From positions 31,682,001 to 31,746,000 of the forward strand of contig NC_043010.1 in NCBI RefSeq assembly GCF_006345805.1: a stretch of DNA of 64,000 nt. Reading direction: 5' to 3'. Below, in pieces: positions 1 through 12,187 of the stretch (the stretch's first letter is position 1; each line of letters opens with the position of its first letter). Position numbers and translations under genes: made by a program. The notes under the pieces are model-generated. The model did no database searches. It was not told the origin of the DNA and worked only from the letters and a program-made list of their open reading frames with translations. This stretch comes from Octopus sinensis (taxonomy: Eukaryota).

Positions 1-126
1 TAATATAATATATATATATATAATATATATAGTATATATATATGTATGTGTGTGTGTGTTGGTGTGGTGGTGCATATATATATATATATATATATATATC
101 TATATAAGATATATATATGTAGATAG

Positions 127-157
<31 letters not shown>

Positions 158-166
158 ATATAAATG

Positions 167-204
<38 letters not shown>

Positions 205-209
205 TAATA

Positions 210-261
<52 letters not shown>

Positions 262-320
262 ATATATATATAATACACATTTCCCTTTTGATATGATTGA
301 ATATATATATATATATATAA
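1..320. repeat. (TA)n/(TG)n compound microsatellite
   Basis: Direct inspection. Confidence 0.95.
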
Positions 321-374
321 ATTTCGTTTTTATTTGGTTTGCAAAATTCTTTATGTGAATTCGTGTGTTGAAGC

Positions 375-608
375 ATATTTCATTGTGTCTGGGAAGAGTC
401 ATTCTATTTTAATGCCTTATTAATTAACACACACACTGGTTCGATTTCTACTCATTTACTTATTTATTTTTTCTAAAATTTTCGTTGCTTCTTGAATACA
501 AGAATATTAGAAAAAAGAAATAAATGAATGGAAATCAAAGCGGTGAGTGTGTTAAATAATAAGGCATTAAAACAGAACGACTCTTTCCAGACACAGTAAT
601 GAATATAT
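375..608. repeat. Imperfect inverted repeat (~100-bp arms, ~30-bp loop)
   Basis: 381-437 cattgtgtctgggaagagtcattctattttaatgccttatt... is the reverse complement of 541-601; pairing continues inward to 476/507. Confidence 0.8.
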
Positions 609-851
609 TCTTGTATTCTTTTACTTGTTTCAGTCAGTTGACTGCAACCATGCTGGAACATCGCCTTTAGTCGAGCCAGGACTTGTTCTTTTCAGCCTAG
701 TACTTATTCTATCGGTCTCTTTTGCCGAACCACTAAGATCACGGGGACGTAAACATACCAGCATCGGTTGTCAAGCGATGTTGAGGGACAAATACAGACG
801 CACAAATACATACATACATACATACATCCATACATACATACATACATACAT

Positions 852-908
<57 letters not shown>

Positions 909-985
909 GACAAGCTTCTTTCAGTTTCCATCTACCAAATCAATCAGAGGTTTGGTCGGTCTAGGCTATAGTAGAAGACACTTTC
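605..985 (-). mobile_element. SINE family A (tRNA-derived, internal microsatellite)
   Basis: Reverse complement of the intact copy at 14640-15047. Confidence 0.85.
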
Positions 986-1009
986 CCAAGGTACCACTTT
1001 TCCCAACTA

Positions 1010-1144
1010 CATGGTTCCGAGTTTAGTCCCACTGCATGGCACCCTGAGCAAGTGTCTCTACTATAGCCTCGGGCCGACCAAAACCTTGTGAGTGGATTTT
1101 GTAGACGGAAACTGAAAGAATCATGTCGTTCATATATTGTATAT

Positions 1145-1183
<39 letters not shown>

Positions 1184-1375
1184 GTGTGTTGTGTGTGTGT
1201 GTTTCTGTGTGTTTCTGTGTATGTATTTGTTCCTCCACCATCACTTAGCAGCCGAGGGGACGTTTACGTAACATAACGGTTCGGCCAAACAGACCGATAG
1301 AATAAGTACTAGGCGTACAAAGAATAAGTCTTGGAGTCGATTTGTTCGACAAATGGCGGTGCTCAAGTACCGCCA
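1010..1375 (+). mobile_element. SINE family A, head-to-head with the previous copy
   Basis: gagcaagtgtctctactatagcctcgggccgaccaaaaccttgtgagtggattttgtagacggaaactgaaagaa + (TA)n + 3' body. Confidence 0.85.
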
Positions 1376-1553
1376 TTTATTTGTTTCTCTCATTTGACAG
1401 AAACAAATAAAAAATAAAAAAGAATATATATATATATTTACACACACACACACACACACACACACCATATATATATATATATATATATAGTATATTTTGT
1501 GTATATGTATATATGCATGTATGTTTAAATATGTATGGTGTTTATATATATGT

Positions 1554-1653
1554 NNNNNNNNNNNNNNNNNNNNNNNNNNNNNNNNNNNNNNNNNNNNNNN
1601 NNNNNNNNNNNNNNNNNNNNNNNNNNNNNNNNNNNNNNNNNNNNNNNNNNNNN
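1554..1653. other. Assembly gap (100 N)
   Basis: Run of N. Confidence 1.
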
Positions 1654-1904
1654 TTATCATGAAAACCGCCACTGCTGGGCACAGGGCATACCGGCAGTGG
1701 TTGGGTGCGGTGGGAGAGATGGGATGTGTGTAGAAATTGTGAGCGTGAAAATAAAACTTTTCACGAACGTACCCCGTCCCTACACACACAATAAGTAGCA
1801 TGTTTATGTTCATATATTGTCATACTTGCTCTTTGAATAAAAATGTAAGAAGTAACAACGTTCAATATTCATTCTTAGTTTAGTCTTTAATATGATAAAT
1901 ATAC

Positions 1905-2127
1905 ACGTTTCTTTATTACCCACAAAGGGCTAAACATAGAGGGGACAGACAAACGAATTAAGGTCGATTACATCGACACCAGTGCGTAACTGGTACTTAA
2001 TTTATCGACCCCCGAAAGGATGAAAGGCAAAGTCGACCTCGGTGGAATTTGAACTCAGAACGTAACGGCAGACGAAATACGGCTACGCATTTCGCCGGCG
2101 TGCTAACATTTCTGCCAGCTCGCAGCC
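1905..2127 (-). mobile_element. SINE family B (Meta-domain-like)
   Basis: Reverse complement of 42948-43172; carries gactttgcctttcatcctttcggggtcgataaattaagtaccag. Confidence 0.85.
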
Positions 2128-2488
2128 TTTGTATAAATATATAACACACATTTACAGATACCAACATTAAGACATTGTACAGCGGGTAATATACATAAAG
2201 GCGCAAGTTAACTCACAGAATGCATTTTTATTAAGTTCGTATTGCTAGCATCTCTGAAAAGTCAACATTTTGATTAAACCAACATATTTTTTTTGTCTCT
2301 GTGATGCTAAAGGAGATCAGTGTGATTAGCTTAAATATTACATTATCACGTCATCAGATGAGACTAGTCTTCTTGATCACACGGGGAATAGTCACCTATA
2401 CTTAGAGTATACACAAATTCAAAGAAACCTACAATAGGCTGCCTACTTTACCTCTCTCTCTCTCTCTCTCGCAACACACATATTATCG

Positions 2489-2607
2489 AGAGACCGATAG
2501 TACTAGGCTTACAAAGAATAAGTCCTGGGGTCGATTTGCTCGACTAAAAACGGTGCTCCAGTATGGTCACAGTCAAATGACTGAAACAAGTAAAAGAGTT
2601 AAAGAGA
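2489..2607 (+). mobile_element. SINE family A 3' fragment
   Basis: Matches the 3' end of the 14640-15047 copy. Confidence 0.8.
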
Positions 2608-2721
2608 GTATGGAAAATCATCAGGGCGTACAAAGGACAATACAAGGATTTCATTATGATCCATTTGGAATACTTAGAATATATAGTCATCAATATTGTA
2701 CGCCCTGGTGATTTTCCATAC
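2608..2721. mobile_element. Small MITE-like element with 26-bp inverted termini
   Basis: gtatggaaaatcatcagggcgtacaa (2608-2633) vs ttgtacgccctggtgattttccatac (2696-2721), 1 mismatch. Confidence 0.65.
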
Positions 2722-3065
2722 AAGGTGTTTAAAATGCAAAATTATATATTATATTTCTTTTGTAATTTTTAATTTTGTTGGTGAAATGAAACAATTGTAG
2801 GTGAATAGGTTAATTAAGTAATAAATTAATTTGTATCCAATAGACCTCTCTTTTTTTTGTAACTCGATAATAATGTTTGATATTTTACTATAGTTTATAT
2901 AATATATTCATTGAAGAAATATCTCTTCAAAGTATAACTATATATATATATATATATTTATAGTATACACACACGCACATTCATGCATACATACATACAT
3001 ACATACATACATACATACATACATACATACATACATACATACATACATACATTTACATACATATA

Positions 3066-3418
3066 CAGGCGCAAGCGTTGCTGTGTGGTAAGAAGCTTGC
3101 TTCCCAACCGCATGGTTATGGGTTCATTCCGACTGCGTAACACCTTAGGCAAGTGTTTTCTACTATGGTAGACGGAAACTGAAAGAAGCCCGCCGTTGCT
3201 GAACTCTACACGTTTTCTTCAGTCACTCTCTGTTTATTTCCTCTTATTCCTTTCTGTTGAAGAGCGTAAGCTCGAAACGTAAAAGACTTTTTCCATGTTT
3301 CCCAAGCGTCAAACTAATACACATGCTTGTTGTTCATACACTTGTCTTCGTCTTTGGTTTTCTACAAATTTCAACTATATGTATGTGTATGTGTGTCTGT
3401 GTGCGCGCGTGTTTGAGT

Positions 3419-3456
<38 letters not shown>

Positions 3457-3630
3457 ATATAAATTTGGTGTGCAGTTACGTTTCCGTAACTTAGCGGCTC
3501 ATCAAATATACTAACAGAATAAGAACTAGGCTTAAAAATAAGTCCTGGGATCGAATTGTTCGACAAAAACACTTGAAGACAGTGCTCCAGCATGTCCACA
3601 GTCAAATGACTGAAACAAGAAAAGGAATGA
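3066..3630 (+). mobile_element. SINE family A interrupted (3195-3375) by a PLE-like fragment with an HHR-like motif
   Basis: SINE head 3066-3195 and SINE tail 3470-3630; the insert contains ttgaagagcgtaagctcgaaacgta and recurs in part at ~24800-24850. Confidence 0.7.
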
Positions 3631-3751
3631 AGATAGAGATATACATACATACATACATACATACATACATACATACATACATACATACATACATACATAC
3701 ATCTTACATACATACATGCGTGCACAGACACATACAGACTGGCATGTAGAT

Positions 3752-3752
3752 G

Positions 3753-3848
<96 letters not shown>
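3752..3848. repeat. (GATA)n microsatellite
   Basis: Direct inspection. Confidence 0.95.
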
Positions 3849-3849
<1 letters not shown>

Positions 3850-4086
3850 TCTTGGGTTACAAGTTTATAAGAAGATGATCAGGCCAGAACTGAAAGTGCG
3901 AAGTCTAATTCTTAAATATTTTTCGACATATATTTTCTTTCGCTCTGACTTGTCTCCCGGAGAAATTTTTTTTTTTCTCCGACTCGTTGATGATGATGAA
4001 ACGCGTATGTATGCATGTACATAGGTGTATCTATGTATGTATGTATGTATGTATGTATGTATGTATGTATGTATGTATGTATGTAT

Positions 4087-4394
4087 GTCGAGCTTACGAT
4101 CGTGAGGTTGCGAGTTCAAATCCCGGACCGGGCTGCGTGTTGTGTTCTTGAGCAAGACACTTTATTTCACGTTGCTCCAGTTCACTCAGTTGTAGAAATG
4201 AGTTGCGACGTCACAGGTGCCAAGCTGTATCGGCCTTTGCCTTTCCCTTGGATAACACTGGTGGCGTGGAGAGGCGAGGCCGGTATGCATGGGCGACTGC
4301 TGGTCTTCCATAAAGAACCTTGCCCGGACTTGTGCATGGGAGGGTAACTTTCTAGGTGCAATCCCAGGGTCATTCATGACCGAAGGGGGTCTCA
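4087..4394 (+). mobile_element. tRNA-derived SINE family C with CORE-like domain
   Basis: B-box-like gagttcaaatcc, then gtgttcttgagcaagacactttatttcacgttgctccag; flanked by (TATG)n. Confidence 0.7.
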
Positions 4395-4425
<31 letters not shown>

Positions 4426-5721
4426 TGTATGTATGTATGTATGTATGTATGTATGCATGTTTGTATGTATGAGTGTGTGCGTGTGTGTGCGTGTGTGTGC
4501 GCGCGTACACACACACACTCACTCACTCACACATACACACGCAAAAAATAAGGTGATTCGAAACATCCACAGATGGATTAAATACGGTGATTAGGAAAAA
4601 CACGTTAGTGGTTAGTTAACGTTATTATTCGACTGAGCTTGTAAGGGAAACAACTCTGAAAGGTTTGAAATCGATATTGTGTACGGACATATTGTTTTCG
4701 CCATTACTTGCTGGTACTGTAATAATTAGTTTAGAGAAATTTCGTTAAAAGGTCACTGGGTGGATCTAGGAAATGAGATTCACAAGTAATTTAATTATAG
4801 ACACTTGTTGACCACATATCTATGTAATTATAATTAATCATAAATAATTATTCTTTGGATATTTATGTAATTAAATCTTGATTTTAAAATAGCCTAACAT
4901 GTTACTCCTAAGCACCGTATTTAGAACCTTGTTTTATATCTGATATTGAATACACTAGAGATAATCACAACCATTTTTTTAATGGGATTAAAAATAATAT
5001 ATACTGAGAAAATAAACGCAGTATAGTCTATCAGCATCTACGCCAAATTATTGTTATATTTTGTGGAACATACCTGTTTCTATCGTAAAAGGTAATTTGT
5101 GAATTTCTTTACAGAAATGATTGTATCATTTTAGTCGTACTAATTACAAATAGAATGGTAGAAACATTTCTCAACTGGCACATTAATTCCATAATTAGCA
5201 ATACTTACCGACTATTATTGTAAACCAGTTTAATCCCCTGTCGGATATTTTCATATGTGGTCGACCTCAGGTTGTAAGCTGCAGATGATAAACAACTAGA
5301 AACACTAATGCATTAAGTACATCACTTATCTTCGTATAGTCTATACAGCAATAATGTTACATAGAATAATTAAACATCACTTAAAAACAATCTATTTGCA
5401 AAAGAGCACGGGGCACAGCGAAGGTAAAGTAAAGTAAAGATCAGCATATCCATGATTACAAGAGTAGAGTTTGAGCATTGACTAGGCATAGAATAATTGC
5501 CAAGTCTATATCGTCAGTGTTACTCATCCGTAAAGCTTAACGATGAGCAAGTGTCACTCACTCCTAAACGTTTATGATGAGCAAGTTTACACCAGTAATA
5601 CGAAAGTACATTAAGTCATGAATAAATGGCAAACAATTCTGAAGATATAGACAAAAGAAAGAATTATAAAAACCACATCTATTTCCATTAGAAGAAAACT
5701 ATACCAATGAGATTCTTTCTG

Positions 5722-5760
<39 letters not shown>

Positions 5761-6234
5761 CTTTCTCTCTCCCTCCCTCTCTCTCTTCACTTTTTCTGCC
5801 AACTGTTAACCAGCATGTTAAACCAGTTTGCGATCAGAGATCTTTCGATTGTATTGGACCTCAAATTGTAAACTGCAGATGATAAGCAACTAGAAACACT
5901 ACTGCAACGAGTACATGGCTTTATTAAAAGGATTGGTATGGAATTTGAATCAGAAACATGTGCCACAACAAAACTAAAAAACGAAAAAAATAAGAACTTA
6001 ATATTTTAGATAAAGAAACAAAGATAGGAAAATTACAACAATCACATATTTATAGACATTTAAAACTCAGCTAATTCTAAAACAATAGGTAATAGGCTAT
6101 CACTTGTTAAGCAAGATTAGGTGGAAAGACAAGAAAAAGGCTTCTTTAACAGTTGTACATCATACGAAATTTGGCATAAGCGATATGACATTTATCATGA
6201 ATAGAAGAAAAGACTGGTATGCAACAATCTTTTA

Positions 6235-6550
6235 TCCCTTACTTCTTACTTGTTTCAGTCATTAGACTGTGCCCATGCTAGGGCACCGCCTCGACGGGTT
6301 TAGTCGAGCAAAACTTTATTCAACTTTTTATTCGAATGAATCGATCCCGGTACTTATTTTTTAAAAGTCTAGTACTTATTCTGTCGGATTCTTTTGCCGA
6401 ACCGCTATGTTACGAGGGCGTAAACACACCAACACCGGTTATCAATGAGTAATGGGGACAAACACACACACATGCACACGCACACACACACATCTATAAA
6501 CGATAGGCTTCTTTCATTTTCCGTCTACCAAATCCACTTACGAAACTTTG
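6235..6550 (-). mobile_element. SINE family A
   Basis: Similarity to the other family A copies. Confidence 0.8.
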
Positions 6551-7723
6551 GTTAAACTAATTAAACTGTACATTTAAACTAATTAAATATTATTTTACAG
6601 AATAATAGAATTAAAATTTCTTTGATTAAAGCCCTTTCTAACATGGAAGTATCCAAAGAGCATTTAGGGCACATAATGCTTCATGAGTACAAAAAGGAAA
6701 CTCTGCAGCCGAAGCAACTCGATATATACACTCAGTTTATGGGAATCAATGCTTGAATGAAAGATCTTGCAGAAGATGGTTTGCAAAATTCAGAAGTGGA
6801 GATTTCAGCCTTGAAGATAAAGATCGAACAGGACGTCCAGTTGAGTTTGATGATAAGCTCCTTGAGGCATTACTTAAAGAAAATCCTGCATTATCAGTTG
6901 AAGAATTGGCAATAAAGCTTAGTTCAAACCATACAACTGTTCATCGACATCTTCAACAACTTGGAAAATGGGTGCCTCATTAATTGTCCGAAAGCAACAA
7001 CAAATCCTGAGTTGACATCTGCTCTTCTCTCCATTCTCGGAAACTCATTTCACCCTTTTTGGATAGATTTGTGACTGGTGACGAAAAATGGATCTTCTAT
7101 CGAAATGTTAAACGTCGTAAACAGTGGCTTGGTAAAAGGGAAAAAGCTCAACCACAACCGTGAAGGGAACTTCATGGAAAAAAGGTTCTCCTCTCCATCT
7201 GGTGGGATTGCAAAGGAGTAATTCACCTTGAAGTGTTACCACCTAATGCAACAATCAATGCTCAAATCTACTCTCAGCAATTAGAGCGTTTGAACCAAGC
7301 TTTGAAGAAAAAAGACCCGCTTTACTGAATCGAAAAGGAGTGATGTTTCATCAGGACAATACACGACCCCACACTGCAAAGATCACATCACAGAAGGTCG
7401 AAGAGCTTGGTTGGGAAAAAATTCCTCATTCACCTTATTCTCCCGACCTTGCTCCTTCAGACCACCATTTGTTTCGTAGTTTACAGAATCATTTGGGGGA
7501 CATAAATTTCACAAGCCAGGAGGGGGTCGAAACTGACTTTTCAGAGTTCGTCGCTTTGAAACCAAAAGAGTTTTACAGTGATGGGATTAAAATGTTTGTA
7601 AATAGATGGAAGGAAGTCATAGATAATCAGGGAAAGTGATGATTAAATATCAATTAAATATAACATTTGATCACTTGTATTATTTATTCAAAATTCGGAC
7701 AGAACTGATGGGATGACCTGATA
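6550..7723 (+). mobile_element. Mariner (DD34D-type) DNA transposon, pseudogenised; left end lost
   Basis: ATG at 6643; RWFAKFRSGDFSLED, WVPH, TGDEKW, FHQDN, YSPDLAPSD motifs with stops and frameshifts; right TIR-like end ...ggatgacctgata+TA at 7723. Confidence 0.93.
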
Positions 7724-8052
7724 TAATGTATAATCGATACTAGAGCGCGCGCGCGCGCACACAAGAAACGCACACACGCATACACCACACAACACACACA
7801 CGCACACACTAGTCACACATTTGGTGTTATTTCAGTTTATGCCGTGTGAACACACCCATCTTGAGTGGGCGGGGTTTGACTGCTAATCGTGAAGAACCAG
7901 CAATTACAATAATTCAAATATAACGTCTGCTTGTTGACAACGAAAAATACCTCCATTTCTATTTACCTTTTCCCACTTTTACTTCCTCACTTCGTATCAT
8001 CCACAAATCACTCCTCTATCTCATTCTCTCTGTAGCTAGCTAGACACACTGG

Positions 8053-8176
<124 letters not shown>

Positions 8177-8574
8177 CCTACCTACCTTTCTGTCTATCTA
8201 CTTACCTACCTACCTACCTATCTATTCATTACATCCATCCGTTCCTCAGTCCGTCTCTCTGTGTCTGCCTGTCTGTATGTAAGCATGTCTGTCTGTGTTT
8301 CTCTTTCTCTCTCTTTCTCTCTCTCATTCTCTCTCTGTCTGTCTGTCTTTTTTGTTACAATGTATCTTTCTATTTCTGTTTGTGTGTGTCATTTTGTTTG
8401 TATATCCGAGCACGGACATATGAACGAGGTTTTAAATTTCGACTTTTGTCCTCTGTTTAGAAAGAACCAATTTCTAGTCTAAACATAATGTTTTTTTTTA
8501 TTGGAATAAATTCCAATATCAACTAGGTAATTTTAAATTCTGTAGTTATGCACATATGTATGCATGTAAGCGCA

Positions 8575-8875
8575 GGCATAAATAATTTTGTAACTGCAAT
8601 TGTCTGCTTAGGCGTGTTCTTTCTGGTTTTGTGAATCCCAGCTTCCCATGATGGATACTGAGGCGTTTAGCCGCATAGCTAACTGTTCGAATAATTATTG
8701 GTTTGGTAGAAATCTAAAATGATAGTCCAGATGGAACAACTGTAGATTCGTCACCAGTTCAACATAGATGTTTTATTTTTATCTAATCTTTAGCATCATA
8801 TTCACATCTGTTAGGCAATTGATTTCAATTACAGGATATAGTTTCTTTTCTCCGTCCCAGATCATTATGCCTGCT
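8575..8875 (-). mobile_element. R4/Dong-like (RLE) non-LTR retrotransposon, C-terminal fragment
   Basis: GIMIWDGEKKLYPVIEINCLTDVN...NIYVELVTNLQL, homologous to the RPDIMIWD...EISCPADVN segment at ~30260-30330. Confidence 0.65.
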
Positions 8876-9599
8876 GTGTTAAATGTATGTATGTATGTAT
8901 GTATGTATGTATGTATGTATGTATGTATGTATGTATGTATGTATGTATGTATGTATGGATGGATGGATGGATGGATGCATGCATGCATGTATGTATTGTC
9001 CCATCAACTATCAATATGGAACTAGTAGAATTTTTCTTCATTTTGACCTCCTGAACCCATAAAGTTGTTATAAAAAGTATGAGGTTCTATTTGTGTATCA
9101 CATTCCACTTCTTGTATAACCAAAGGATAAATGTCCAACGATTTTCAAGTTTGAAGCTTTTCCTAATTGTAGCACATTGATTTCCACGGCTCTGAACTAC
9201 CCCTTGAAACAGGAATATACATTTTGAGCCATTTTCAGGGGATGAAAATTTAAGTTTTGAAGAGATTTAAATACTGTGTTTCTACATTTCTATACTCAAA
9301 GACAAGTGTAGTTTCAGAATATATGTAGTTTTATGTAGTTTCAACTTAGGGATAAAAATATTATTCTGGTTCAAAATTGAGGAAGGGAATTCATGTGTTC
9401 TATTAAGATATCAGACCTTACAGTAAGATTAGAAAAGATGGGATGCTCAGTAATTGTTGTTATTAAGTAATAGCTGCCTAAACATCTTTTACATTATTTT
9501 TTATATCATAGTGGATAAATTCGAATCGATTTTACTCTTTCAAAGTGAATTTAGATCAGATCCATATCTGCATGCTGCAGGAATTCAAAAGGTGGTCTT

Positions 9600-10400
9600 C
9601 AGCAATAGAAGAGGCAAGAAGTATTTGTTCTGTCGTTGGTGATTTTGCTAATTTTGCTCGGAAAATTTTTCTCTTGCAGAACTCCCTCGATTTGGACGAA
9701 AAAGTTTCGAGCTGAAAACCATAGTTAAGGAAAATTCAAAGCAAACTCCACGAGGATTAGAAAAAGAAATTCCATTCAAGTCAAACTTCGATAATAAAAC
9801 ACTATCAGAAACTAGAAAACGTGTGTAAACTTGGTCATCATCTAACTATTTCTCAGATTAAATAATGAGAAAAGATTTGCTACCGAACCTTTCCTGGGCC
9901 GAATCATCTCAAGTGGGGAAAATGTGTTCTCTATCAGCATATCCAACGAAAGCGACAATGGTTAGCACTCAATGAAAGGAAGAATCCATTCCCAAACCAG
10001 GACTATCCCGAAAAAGAATTATACTTTCTTTTTGGTGAGATATGAAAGGTATCATCTATCATGAAGCGTTAAACCAAAACAAAACAGTAATACGGAGAAG
10101 TATCGTCGTCAATTGGAAGGATTGCACAAAAATTTACAAAAACAGCGGCATTCACTGGCCAATCCTAAAAGGATATTGCACTTACACGATAACGCAAGAC
10201 CACATATTACCCAAGTCACTCAGAAAAAGATTATGTTACTAAAGATAGAAGTTTTGCTCAGCCTCCTTCCCCTCCTGACCTTGCTCCATTTGACTATCAT
10301 CTTTTCCAATCATTGATACCTTATATAAAGGGGGAAAAAAATTATTAATTGTGAAGAAGTTAAAATTGATATACAGTATTTCTCTGCTTCTGAACTCGGA
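9600..10400 (+). mobile_element. Highly decayed mariner transposase
   Basis: Remnant peptides EPFLGRIISSGEK, DMKGIIYHE, HLHDNARPH, PDLAPFDYHLF. Confidence 0.85.
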
Positions 10401-10670
10401 TAATTTTACGCGCGCGGGATCGATAAATTACCAAGTAGTTAGTATTAAATTATCAATTTGTCCTGAGTAGGAGTGGTTGTGAGGTAAGTAGCTTGCTTAT
10501 GAACCACATGGTTCCGGGTTCAGAGCCACTGCCTGGCACCTTGGGCAAGTGTCTTCTACTATAGCTTCGGGTCGACCAAACCCTTGTGAGTGGATTTGGT
10601 AGACGGAAACTGAAAGAAGCCCGTCGTATATATATATATATAATATAATATATATATATATATATATATA

Positions 10671-11165
10671 GATAAGTGGCACAACAAGGCACCAATATTT
10701 ACTGGAAAATAGCAATCGACACAAATACGACGCTATGGTATAGCTTTACTGCGTATTTACTAGCAAAGATGTGTGTATGCAACAAGCAGGAAAAATTTGT
10801 CTTACCTCTAGGAAGAACATTCGATAAATGGACAACCTAGAATCGGATAATGCAGGACCGGTTTCTGACTCTTCAAATACGTTTGACAACGTAAATTTGA
10901 TCAGTCTTCATCAGCTGCATTTACCTAGACAATATTTCAAATGTTGCCACATCAATACCACTATACTCGCCTAAACGCCTAGCCGTTAACAGAACGAGAA
11001 CAGTGAAAGAGTTTTCAATGAAAATAATAATGCAATACAAATGTATTACTTTCCAGTAAAATAAAGCCCCATAAGGGTAGAATTATACATATAAAAATAG
11101 ATAAGTGGTTCAACAAGGCACCAATATTTACTGGAAAATAGCAATCGATAGAAATACGACGCTAT

Positions 11166-11172
<7 letters not shown>
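10671..11172 (-). mobile_element. Non-coding retrozyme-like / non-autonomous PLE-derived unit (429-nt monomer + 66-nt terminal redundancy)
   Basis: Direct repeats 10671-10736 and 11100-11165 (offset 429), an internal type-I HHR, no ORF, flanked by (TA)n. Confidence 0.75.
10849..10921 (-). ncRNA. Type-I hammerhead ribozyme (minimal, PLE-type)
   Basis: Minus strand: AAUGCAG-CUGAUGA-A-GACU[loop with internal hairpin]AGUC-A-GAAA-CCGG-UC|CUGCAUU. 7-bp stem I and palindromic stem III ACCGGU. Confidence 0.8.
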
Positions 11173-11209
<37 letters not shown>

Positions 11210-11499
11210 GTGTGTGTGTGTGTGGTGTGTGTGTGTGTGTGTGGTGTGTGTGTGTGTGTGTATGTGTGTCTGTGTGTCTATATGTTTGTGTGTCTGTGTT
11301 TGTCCCCCTAACATCGCTTGACAATCGATGCTGGTGTGTTTACGTCCCCGTAACTTAGCGGTTCGGCAAAAGAGACCGATAGAATAAGTACTAAGCTTAC
11401 AAAGAATAAGTCCTGGGGTCGATTTTCTTTACTAAAGGCGGTGCTCCAGCATGACCACAGTCAAATGACTGAAACAAGTAAAAGAGTAAAAGCGTATGG

Positions 11500-11900
11500 C
11501 TTTAAAATGCATCCGGTAGAGGGGCCCTGATTCGGTAGTTCTAGGCTTTTGAGGAGAGTGGAACCATCTCTTAGCCATTATTGTTCTCAGGTATATCTGA
11601 CCCAGAGTAGTAGCACCCACCAGGGTCCCTGCTATGGGCTAATTAGCATGTTATGAAAAAAAAAACTTCAAGCTCAAACCTTCACTGCTTTGGGAAAGGA
11701 AAAGGCAAGGGAGTCGACTTCGACAGCAAATCAAAGTGTGGAGTCCCTGAAGTTATCGGATGTCCTCTTTGACACCCTTCCGGCAGTTCTAGGATAAGTA
11801 GAGCTCTCCAGCCCCGAGAGGGCTGGATAAGGTCACTCCAATGTAAAAACCTACAACTTGCTGGTCACCGCAGTTGTTTTAGTCCGCTCAACCACTGTAG
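11500..11900. mobile_element. Unclassified interspersed-repeat fragments (retroelement UTR-like)
   Basis: GC-richer non-coding blocks joined at an A-run (~11657-11667); no diagnostic motif. Confidence 0.3.
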
Positions 11901-12156
11901 TCAGACCTCCAAGTCTTAAGAGAGAGATAAGATTATGCGGACTAATTGTTACTTTAAAAGTACAAAGCGCAGACAGGAAGAAAAGTCCACCAGTGTCAAA
12001 GATCGGTTTACATAACAACTTGAAGACGTGCCACTCTTCTTCGTTATCTTTGTTCTGGGAGAAACTGCAATCATGTTATCAATAATGAGGGGAAATATCG
12101 TGATTAATTAAATATATTAAGACTAGAGGAGTATTTGTTTCTTCCTCCAACTTGAA

Positions 12157-12187
<31 letters not shown>

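Larger units (their letters stand above)
10468..11490 (+). mobile_element. SINE family A split by an HHR-bearing insertion
   Basis: Head 10468-10626 and tail ~11260-11490; the 10671-11172 insert sits in the internal (TA)n. Confidence 0.85.

Noticed and set aside
5255-5925. Two ~70-bp diverged direct repeats (~5255-5325, ~5860-5930) with an HHR-like scaffold (UGCAG-AUGAUAA...GAAAC..CUGCA)
   Set aside because: The core would be A3/A8 with no 3-8 pair, and stems II and III do not pair; at most a relic.
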